From Phycisphaeraceae bacterium (GTDB taxonomy: Bacteria; Planctomycetota; Phycisphaerae; Phycisphaerales; Zrk34): 64,000 bases of DNA. The DNA is taken from assembly GCA_040905565.1 (NCBI GenBank), contig JBBDRF010000005.1, positions 96,001 to 160,000 of the forward strand. The letters run 5' to 3'. Below the pieces are notes generated by a model that was given only the letters and a program-made list of their open reading frames with translations, searched no databases and was not told the DNA's origin. A program made the translations under genes and the position numbers. Shown here in pieces: positions 37,774 to 45,347 of the stretch; position 1 is the stretch's first letter; each line of letters opens with the position of its first letter.

Positions 37774-38361
37774 ATGTATTCATGGCGAATTTTCACGGCT
37801 GTGCTGGCCCTGACGGCGGCGACCGTGGTCATTGGATGTGGCAACGAAGGCGATCCGGCCCCCCAGCCGACCGCCGAGCCCGAGGCGACCGAGGCCACCG
37901 AGGAGACGGCGCAGCAGAACGAGAGCGAAGTGATTCCCGAGGCGATGCAGGCATTCGAAGATGATGGCAACGTCGCCGAGATCACCATCGAAGGCAACGA
38001 TCTCATGCAGTTCGACACCAACCGCTTCACCGTGGCTCCCGGCCAAATGGTGCGGCTGACCCTTAAGCACGTCGGCCAACTGCCGGCACAGGCGATGGGG
38101 CACAACGTGGTCGTCCTCAATGCCGACGAAGATATCTACGAGTTCGGCGCCGACGTCGGCGAGGCAGGCGGCGGGCTGCACAACGAGTACGTGCCCCAGG
38201 AACTGCGCGACCGCGTCATCGCCTTCACCACGATGATCGGCGGCGGGGAAACCACGACCGTCGAATTCCGCGCCCCCACCGAACCCAACGACTACCCGTA
38301 CCTCTGCTCGTTCCCCGGCCACTTCGGGCAAATGAACGGCATCATGGCCGTCGAAGAATGA
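37774..38361 (+). CDS. Azurin/auracyanin-like blue-copper lipoprotein
   Basis: Lipobox VIGC, acidic linker, GND.MQF, MGHNVV, CSFPGH...M type-1 Cu ligands. Confidence 0.88.
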   Translation: MYSWRIFTAVLALTAATVVIGCGNEGDPAPQPTAEPEATEATEETAQQNESEVIPEAMQAFEDDGNVAEITIEGNDLMQFDTNRFTVAPGQMVRLTLKHVGQLPAQAMGHNVVVLNADEDIYEFGADVGEAGGGLHNEYVPQELRDRVIAFTTMIGGGETTTVEFRAPTEPNDYPYLCSFPGHFGQMNGIMAVEE

Positions 38362-38432
38362 TCGCCACGCGTCGAAACACAACGGCCGGTCGGCCTGCGA
38401 CCCGTCATGCAAGCGCCCAGAAGGAGTCTGCA

Positions 38433-40328
38433 ATGAAGATTTTCCGTCACCTCGCGATCACCGCCCTGCTGCTGGCGACAGCGGCATTCGTCACCGGTTG
38501 CGCCGACACCGAAACCGCCAACCAGACCACGGCCGAAGCCGCCTCAGCTGCTGAGCAAACTTACGTTGCGCCCGGCGAAATGGACGAATACTACCTGTTC
38601 TATTCCGGCGGCCACGGCGGCGACGTCCGCGTCGCAGGTATCCCCTCTATGCGGCACATCAAAACCATCCCCGTGTTCAACCCCAATGCCGCCTACGGCT
38701 ACGGCTATGACGACAAAACCCGTGAGATGCTCGGCGAATACACCTGGGGCGACGTACATCACCCTGCCCTCTCTAAGACCGATGGCAACTATGACGGCCG
38801 CTGGCTCTTCGTCAACGACAACGCGCACAACCGCGTCGCACGCATCTCGCTGACCGATTTCAAAACCAAGCAGATCCTCGGCCCGATCCCCAATACCTCC
38901 GGCAACCACGGGGCGTCGTTCATCACCGAGAACAGCGAGTACCTCTTCGGCGGCTCACGCTTCGCCATGCCGCTGCCTCGTGGCACAGCCGCACCGCTCG
39001 AGAACTTCGCCGACGAATACAACGGCGTCATCACCGCCGTCAGCATCGACCAGGAGACCGGCGAGATGGACGTCGCCTGGCAGATTCTCACACCCCCCTT
39101 CCACTGGGACCTCTCCTCGACTGGCAAGGGCCCCAGCTCCGGATGGTTCTTCGTGACTTCCTACAACACCGAGATGGCGCACAACCGACTCGAGGTCGAA
39201 GCCAGTCAGCTCGAGCGTGACATGGCGGCGTTCATCAACTGGGAGCGCGCGGCTGAGGCGGTTGAACAGGGCCAGTATGAAGAGATCGACGGCGTGCCCG
39301 TAATCGATCCCGCCCAGGTCGAAGGCGTGATGTACTACGTCCCGCTCGCCAAGTCCCCCCACGGCATCGATGTCGATCCGACCGGCGAATGGATCGTCGG
39401 CGGCGGCAAGCTCGAACCTTCCGCCACCGTCTACAACTTCCAGTCCTTCCTTGATGCCGTCGAAGCTGAGGATTTCGAGGATGAGAAACGTGGCGTGCCG
39501 GTGGTGCGTCATGATGCGGTCGTCGAGGGCATCGTCCCCGTCGGACTCGGCCCGCTGCACACGCAGTTCGACGGCAAAGGCAACGCGTACACCACGCTGT
39601 TCATCGACTCCAAGATCGCCAAGTTCCGCCTGCCTCCGTGGACTGATGAAGAAAAGGCCGACCTCGAACAGGTCGTGACCGATCGCATTGACGTCCACAC
39701 CAACCCCGGCCATCTGGTCGTCGCCGGCAGTGACACAGCCGAGCCGTACGGCGAGTGGATGGTTTCGATGAATAAGGACGCGGCAGGCCGACACCTGCCG
39801 ACCGGGCCGCAGATTCCCGAGACCAGCCAGTTGATCGACATTACCGGCGACAAAATGAAGATGGTCTACGAAGCGTTCACCGATAAAGAACCGCACTTCG
39901 CGCAGATCATCCGGGCGGACAAACTCGAACCCGTCGGCTTCTATCGCCGCTCCGCCAACGATCACCCCCACCAGGCATGGACCGAAGCCGATACCTACGT
40001 CGAGCGGAACGGCAACGAGGTCGACGTCGCCATGCGGGCGGTGCGAAGCAACTTCACCCCCGACGCCCTCGAATTCCGCCAGGGTGACACCGTGCGATTC
40101 CACATCACCAACGTCGAGCAGACCCACGGCATGAGCCACGGCTTCGGCGTCGGCCAGCACAACGTCAACGTCGACATCAGTGCCGGCGACACACGCACCG
40201 TCACCATGAAGATGGACAAGACCGGCGTATTCCCCTTCTATTGCACCGTTTTCTGCTCGGCACTGCACCAGGAAATGCAAGGCTACTTCGTGGTCTATCC
40301 GCAGGATGAATACCCCGGCGACCAGTAA
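38433..40328 (+). CDS. nosZ: Nitrous-oxide reductase, clade II (Sec/lipoprotein signal)
   Basis: CuZ His motifs DVHH, GNHG, SPHG, PLHT, PGH, EPH; CuA motifs HGF and CTVFCSALHQEM; signal ending FVTGC without a twin-Arg; YVAPG..DEYY.F.SGG start typical of clade II. Confidence 0.95.
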   Translation: MKIFRHLAITALLLATAAFVTGCADTETANQTTAEAASAAEQTYVAPGEMDEYYLFYSGGHGGDVRVAGIPSMRHIKTIPVFNPNAAYGYGYDDKTREMLGEYTWGDVHHPALSKTDGNYDGRWLFVNDNAHNRVARISLTDFKTKQILGPIPNTSGNHGASFITENSEYLFGGSRFAMPLPRGTAAPLENFADEYNGVITAVSIDQETGEMDVAWQILTPPFHWDLSSTGKGPSSGWFFVTSYNTEMAHNRLEVEASQLERDMAAFINWERAAEAVEQGQYEEIDGVPVIDPAQVEGVMYYVPLAKSPHGIDVDPTGEWIVGGGKLEPSATVYNFQSFLDAVEAEDFEDEKRGVPVVRHDAVVEGIVPVGLGPLHTQFDGKGNAYTTLFIDSKIAKFRLPPWTDEEKADLEQVVTDRIDVHTNPGHLVVAGSDTAEPYGEWMVSMNKDAAGRHLPTGPQIPETSQLIDITGDKMKMVYEAFTDKEPHFAQIIRADKLEPVGFYRRSANDHPHQAWTEADTYVERNGNEVDVAMRAVRSNFTPDALEFRQGDTVRFHITNVEQTHGMSHGFGVGQHNVNVDISAGDTRTVTMKMDKTGVFPFYCTVFCSALHQEMQGYFVVYPQDEYPGDQ

Positions 40329-40343
40329 ACCCGCACGCCCACA

Positions 40344-40381
40344 CCGGTCGACGCAGGAAGCCTTGCCCCAGCGTCGACCGG
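40344..40381 (+). promoter_or_regulatory. Intercistronic hairpin after nosZ
   Basis: CCGGTCGACGC-N16-GCGTCGACCGG perfect 11-bp stem with no U-tract. Confidence 0.55.
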
Positions 40382-40426
40382 CACGCCGCGGTGCGGCCCT
40401 CATCGCGCGGTTAAGGAACTTTCCAA

Positions 40427-41083
40427 ATGTCTCACGCGCCGGTCTACCCGATACGCAGCCGACCACGATTCGTCGACAGACGCCTCAACTGGCTCTCCCG
40501 GCTGTGGATCTTTATCGCCATCGCCTGCCTCGCCGCCAGCTTCTTTTTCCCACTCTGGCACATCAATCTCGTCGCCCCGCAATACCGCGACGGCCTGGAT
40601 ATGTGGATCTACAGCTACCAACTCGTCGGCGGCAACGAGGGGCAGGACCTCTTCGAAATCAACCTCCTCAACCACTACATCGGCATGCAGGAAATCCACG
40701 AAGCCGACTTCCTGGAAATGCAGATCATCCCATTCGCACTCGGCTTTTTCATTCTCTTCGGCCTGCGCGCCATCGCCTTCGGCACGATGAGCAACCTCAT
40801 CGACCACCTCGCGCTGTTCTTCTACTTCTCCATGTTCTCACTGGCCACCTTCGTCTACCGTCTCTATTCCTACGGCCATCACCTTGATCCGCGCGCACCC
40901 ATCACCGTCGAACCGTTCTGGCCGACGCTCATCGGCACCAAGCAGATCGCGAATATGACGCAGACGAGTCTGCCCGGCGGCGGAAGCTATCTGCTCGGAG
41001 CTGCTGTGCTGTGCCTGCTACTGGGCGTTTTCCATTCACGCAACGAGCGAGCGTTCTACCAGACCGTCGCGGAGCCGGCGTGA
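40427..41083 (+). CDS. nosB: Clade II nos membrane protein NosB
   Basis: PLWHINLVAPQY.DGL...INLLNHYIGM, Y.YGH.LDP.API....F.P...G.KQIAN; about 4 TM; directly after nosZ. Confidence 0.8.
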   Translation: MSHAPVYPIRSRPRFVDRRLNWLSRLWIFIAIACLAASFFFPLWHINLVAPQYRDGLDMWIYSYQLVGGNEGQDLFEINLLNHYIGMQEIHEADFLEMQIIPFALGFFILFGLRAIAFGTMSNLIDHLALFFYFSMFSLATFVYRLYSYGHHLDPRAPITVEPFWPTLIGTKQIANMTQTSLPGGGSYLLGAAVLCLLLGVFHSRNERAFYQTVAEPA

Positions 41084-42411
41084 TGAAATCGCATCGGCAA
41101 CCGTGGCGACCCAGCGTGACCGCCCTGCTTCTCGTGGCGCTGATAACTCTTTCGGCCGTCGGCGAAACCAGCCGCGTCCTCCCCGGCGACGATCTGCAAC
41201 AAGCGATCGACGCAGCCGACGAAGGCGAAACGCTGCTGCTTACAGCCGGGGTGCATCGCGGGCCGGTCACGGTGAGCCAGCCTCTGACGCTTCGAGGCGA
41301 GGGCGACGCAAGCATCGTCGGCACCGGCATCGGCAGCGTTCTCACGGTCGAGGCTGACCGCGTGCGCGTTGAGCAGCTCGAGATTCGCGGCTCCGGACGC
41401 GACCTTTCCAAGGACGACGCGGGCATCCTTATTACCGGCGATAAAGCGCGGATAATCGACGTTACGCTGCATAACAACCTCCACGGCATCTACGTTCGCG
41501 GCGGCAAGAACGTCCGGCTCGTCGGCAACACCGTCGTCGGCCTCGCCGCGACGGAAGAGACCCCGCGCGTCATCGGCGGCGAGGCGGCGAACCGCGACGA
41601 CGGCATCCACCATAGCCCGCCCGGCGTCCGCGCCCTCATGGGCAACGGCCTGCATCTGTGGGACGCCAACGGTGCCATCGTCGACAACAACCTCGTCCAG
41701 CACGTCCGCGACGGCATCTACGTCGCCCACACCCACCAGGCGGAATTCCGCCGGAACCGAATCCACCATTCACGCTACGCCATCCACTACATGTACTCCT
41801 CAGACAACGTCGTGGCCGACAACGAACTGTGGCGCAACGTCGCCGGGGCCGCCTTGATGTTCTCGCAAAACCTTGACGTCCACGGCAACATCCTGCGAGA
41901 CCACAGCGGCTTCCGCGCCTACGGCCTGCTGCTTCAGAACGTCGACGCCTCCCGCTTCCACGACAACGCCATCCGTGGCAACCGCGTCGGCCTTCGCCTG
42001 CAGAACAGCAGCACCAATACCTTTCGCGATAACCGCGTCGTCGGCAACCTCGCAGGGATGACGCTGAATAGTTCCTCGCGGGAGAACCAATTCACACGCA
42101 ACCGTATTGGGCCGAACCTTCGGCAGATCGAACTCACCGGCCCTGCCCCGCCGACCGAATGGTCTGTCGCCGGCGTCGGCAATCGCTGGTCCGGCGTGCT
42201 GCCGATGGACCTCACCGGCGACGGCATCTCGCAGTGGCCTCATCACGAGGTCGACCTGATGGCGGAGCGGCGGGAGGAGTTCCCTTACGTCCAGCTGCTA
42301 ACGGGCAGTCCGGGAATTCGTGCCGTCGAATGGTCGCTCAGCCGGGCGCCGGTGCCGGGCATGCGGTTCATCACCGATCCTCATCCGTTAACCCGGGATC
42401 GTGATGATTGA
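41083..42411 (+). CDS. nosD: NosD copper-site maturation protein (beta-helix)
   Basis: LQQAID, GNGLHLW, RDGIY, RYAIHYMYS, GAALMFS, GN.W...D..GDG, D.HPL. Confidence 0.92.
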   Translation: MKSHRQPWRPSVTALLLVALITLSAVGETSRVLPGDDLQQAIDAADEGETLLLTAGVHRGPVTVSQPLTLRGEGDASIVGTGIGSVLTVEADRVRVEQLEIRGSGRDLSKDDAGILITGDKARIIDVTLHNNLHGIYVRGGKNVRLVGNTVVGLAATEETPRVIGGEAANRDDGIHHSPPGVRALMGNGLHLWDANGAIVDNNLVQHVRDGIYVAHTHQAEFRRNRIHHSRYAIHYMYSSDNVVADNELWRNVAGAALMFSQNLDVHGNILRDHSGFRAYGLLLQNVDASRFHDNAIRGNRVGLRLQNSSTNTFRDNRVVGNLAGMTLNSSSRENQFTRNRIGPNLRQIELTGPAPPTEWSVAGVGNRWSGVLPMDLTGDGISQWPHHEVDLMAERREEFPYVQLLTGSPGIRAVEWSLSRAPVPGMRFITDPHPLTRDRDD

Positions 42412-43066
42412 AGCCCGCGACATCGTCAAGACCTACGGCCATCGCAGAGTCCTCGACGGCGCATCACTTGCCGTCAGCCCCGGCGAATGCGTGGTGCTGA
42501 CCGGCGACAACGGCAGCGGCAAGACCACCCTGCTGCACGCGATGGTCGGTCTCCGCAACATCGACTCCGGGGGCGTACTCTGGCACGATCGGCGCCTCAC
42601 CGGGGCCGGTCGTCGGACGTGGCAACGGGCCCGCGCCGCTTGGGGATTTCTGCCACAGCAGGTCGTGCTGCCTCCGACAGCTCCGGTCGAACGTCTGCTC
42701 CGCTTCTACGCACGGCTGCGCGGCATGAGCACGAGGCCCGCGTACGAATGGCTCGAACGCGTGGGCCTCAACGGCACGGAGAAACAGAGGGTTCAGGCCC
42801 TTTCGGGAGGCATGCAGCAACGGCTGGGCATCGCCCTGACCTTCTACTGTGAGCCGGCTTTGATCATCATGGATGAGCCAGCCAGCAGCCTCGACCCCGG
42901 CTGGCGCGGTCAGCTTGCGACATGGGTCACTGAGCAGACGCAGCGCGGGGCCGGCGTTCTGGTGACCAGTCAACTGCATGAAACCTGGCGCGAGAGCGTG
43001 CGCTTTCTGCACTGCGAGGCCGGCCGAATTGTCGACCGACACGAGAACTCGGAGGCGCAGCCGTGA
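42401..43066 (+). CDS. nosF: ABC transporter ATPase NosF
   Basis: GDNGSGKTT, LSGGMQQRL, MDEP; overlaps nosD. Confidence 0.85.
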   Translation: MMIEARDIVKTYGHRRVLDGASLAVSPGECVVLTGDNGSGKTTLLHAMVGLRNIDSGGVLWHDRRLTGAGRRTWQRARAAWGFLPQQVVLPPTAPVERLLRFYARLRGMSTRPAYEWLERVGLNGTEKQRVQALSGGMQQRLGIALTFYCEPALIIMDEPASSLDPGWRGQLATWVTEQTQRGAGVLVTSQLHETWRESVRFLHCEAGRIVDRHENSEAQP

Positions 43067-43830
43067 GTCGTATCCTCGCCGTTTATCAGTGGGATTTGAT
43101 GCAAGGCTTGCGCAACCGCTTCATGCAGGTGTTCGCCGTGGCGTGCGTGATGGGTGGGTCGGCTCTGCTCGCCGCTTCGCCGGGGCCTGAGACGCTGCCG
43201 CTGGTGCTGATCCAGACGATGCTGTTTTTCGGATCGCTTTTTGCGTTTCTCATCGGCTGGGGCAGCGGTCAGCAGGCACGCTCGCAAGCGGGCTTCCTCT
43301 TCGCACAGCCGTTGACGAGCGGCGAACTGGTGACCGGAAAACTGCTCGGCACCGGAACATGGTGCATTCTGCTGCTCGCGCTGTTCATGGGCCCCGCGGT
43401 GCTGCGGGCGGGGATGCCGGAAACGGTTTTGGCGCTCGGGGCGCTGGCGGCGGGTTTTCTGCTGGTGTGCCTGCTCGGCGGGCTGGCGATCGGGCTGCTG
43501 GCCGCTCCGGTTTCGGGGTTGCTTTCCGTGTTGATCGCGTGGGCCGTCACCGTCGCGGGATGGGAACTGGGGCTGCTCGTCCTAAGCGAAGCGGCGTGGA
43601 TGCAGGAGATGCCGGGCCTGTTTGTCACGCTGCTGCTTTTGAACCCTGCCGGCGCGTTCCGCGTCGCAGCCATGATTGGGCTGGAGGCGGTGCCGTTTGA
43701 TGCCGGCGAACTGGAAACCGGCCGTTGGGCCTTCGATAATATCATGCTGGTCGCCGTGGCCGTCTTCGCAGCGTGGGTCGCTGTGCTGGCCACGGGGGCG
43801 GCCTATATACTGAATCGCCAACAATTCTGA
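43063..43830 (+). CDS. nosY: ABC permease NosY-like
   Basis: About 6 TM, QPL...E...GK..G, LLNP..AFR; GTGA overlap with nosF. Confidence 0.8.
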   Translation: MSRILAVYQWDLMQGLRNRFMQVFAVACVMGGSALLAASPGPETLPLVLIQTMLFFGSLFAFLIGWGSGQQARSQAGFLFAQPLTSGELVTGKLLGTGTWCILLLALFMGPAVLRAGMPETVLALGALAAGFLLVCLLGGLAIGLLAAPVSGLLSVLIAWAVTVAGWELGLLVLSEAAWMQEMPGLFVTLLLLNPAGAFRVAAMIGLEAVPFDAGELETGRWAFDNIMLVAVAVFAAWVAVLATGAAYILNRQQF

Positions 43831-43873
43831 CGGTGCGGCCACACGAAAACGCCCGTCATCCTGAGGTTTGAAG

Positions 43874-44785
43874 ATGAACGAAAATCCCCAAAGTTCCACC
43901 CGTTGGATCGTGTCCGCCCTGGTGATTGTCGCGGCAATCGCAGTCGGCTGGTACCTCGGCAGCCGGGTCAATGAAGATCCGGAGACGCCACCTGGCGCAG
44001 CCGATTCCACGGAGCCGACCGGCGAGGTCCATCGCGATGTGGCCGGGCGTGTGGTTCGCGTTGATGCTGAGGAGGGCATGTTTCGTGTCGACCACGAAGA
44101 GATTGAGGGCTTCATGGCGGCGATGGTCATGGACATCGACGTGGTTGACCCAGCGGAACTTGAGGGGCTGGAGCCCGGCGACGAGGTCCTGTTCGACCTC
44201 GCCCGCATCGGCAATACGTACAAGGCCATCCGCATTCGACGCGTCGACGACGATGGCAGCGTCCCCGCGCCGAGCGACACTGAAGCACCGCCCGCTGACC
44301 CCCTCGGCAGCGGCGACCTCGTGCCGAACCTCAACTTGTACGATGCCCAGGGGCAGCCGTTCAACCTGCACGACCTCGAGCCCCGGCATAAGGTCGTCAC
44401 GTTCTTCTACGCGCGGTGCCCGCTCGAGACCTTCTGCCCGGCACAGTCACAGCAATTGGCGGAGTTGCAGGGGCAACTTGATCAAAGTGGAAGCGAACTG
44501 CACCTGCTCAGCCTGACCCTCGACGCCGAGCATGACGGGGCTTCGGTCCTCCAGGGTTACGCTGAACGATTCGAGGCCGACCCGTCTCGCTGGACACTTG
44601 CCAGTGGCGACGACCCCGAAGCGATTCGTGACTTCGCCCACCGCGCCGGCGCTCGCATCCTGCCGCAATCAGACAGTTATCAGATCGACCACGCCCTGGT
44701 CGCCCTGCGGCTCGACGGCAACCGCATCGTCGACCGTGTCTATGGTCTCGATGCCATCGAAACGATGATACGACAGATAAGGTGA
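43874..44785 (+). CDS. CusF-like copper-binding domain fused to a SCO/SenC domain
   Basis: TM anchor; VDHEEIEGFMAAMVMD (CusF-like His/Met site) and L.PGD.V.F.L; then FFYARCPLETFCP, LTLD.EHD, IDH. Confidence 0.85.
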   Translation: MNENPQSSTRWIVSALVIVAAIAVGWYLGSRVNEDPETPPGAADSTEPTGEVHRDVAGRVVRVDAEEGMFRVDHEEIEGFMAAMVMDIDVVDPAELEGLEPGDEVLFDLARIGNTYKAIRIRRVDDDGSVPAPSDTEAPPADPLGSGDLVPNLNLYDAQGQPFNLHDLEPRHKVVTFFYARCPLETFCPAQSQQLAELQGQLDQSGSELHLLSLTLDAEHDGASVLQGYAERFEADPSRWTLASGDDPEAIRDFAHRAGARILPQSDSYQIDHALVALRLDGNRIVDRVYGLDAIETMIRQIR

Positions 44786-45079
44786 GACCCCATTCGGGGG
44801 CGATGTCCCCCCCGACCGACTGTCGAGCGTCATGATCCGTTGCGAACAGATCGCGAAAAAGGCTGAGCAGGAACTCACCACCTATGCGAAGCTGGCTCGT
44901 CTTCGGGTGGGTTCACGTCCAGCCCCGGAACGGGGGCGCGCGCCAGTCCGCCTGCGTCCGGCGCTGTCAACCACTGGCACAGCGCCTCGCGAGCGGGCCG
45001 CGAATGCATCTGCCGTAAGTCACGATTCATGCGAGCCTGTGGACAGGCCGTGTCAAGCCTGAACAGGCAGAGGCGAAAA

Positions 45080-45115
45080 AGCGGGCGAAGGGATTCGAAC
45101 CCTCGACATTCAGCT
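45080..45115 (-). pseudogene. 3' half of a tRNA (Gly-like); possible att site
   Basis: Minus strand AGCTGAATGTC-GAGGG-TTCGAAT-CCCTT-CGCCCGC-T: intact T-arm and 3' acceptor strand, with no anticodon loop or intact 5' half. Confidence 0.75.
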
Positions 45116-45347
45116 GACTGAGCAGACGCGCGGCGACCAAGGTGCGCCCGATACGGGGCATAGAGGGGCCCCGGGGGCCGACTGTCTAATGGGACCAACG
45201 AAAACGTACCCAAGCCCACACGAACGGAGGCGACCCAATGAGAACGAAGATCATAGCCCCCACGGCACCAACGTGAGCAATGCTGAGTACGACCGACTCA
45301 TCCCGCCGGCATCAGTCGGCTTGAGCCGCAGCACAACAGCGATGGTT

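Noticed and set aside
38955..40466. 503-aa minus-strand ORF, and similar ones at 1788..3158, 13230..14537, 25045..26412, 49749..51260 and 51875..53527
   Set aside because: Each lies opposite a well-supported gene and reflects codon bias, not a real protein.
45080..45200. Intact or intron-containing tRNA gene
   Set aside because: No anticodon loop or pairing 5' half nearby and no recognisable group I/II intron features.
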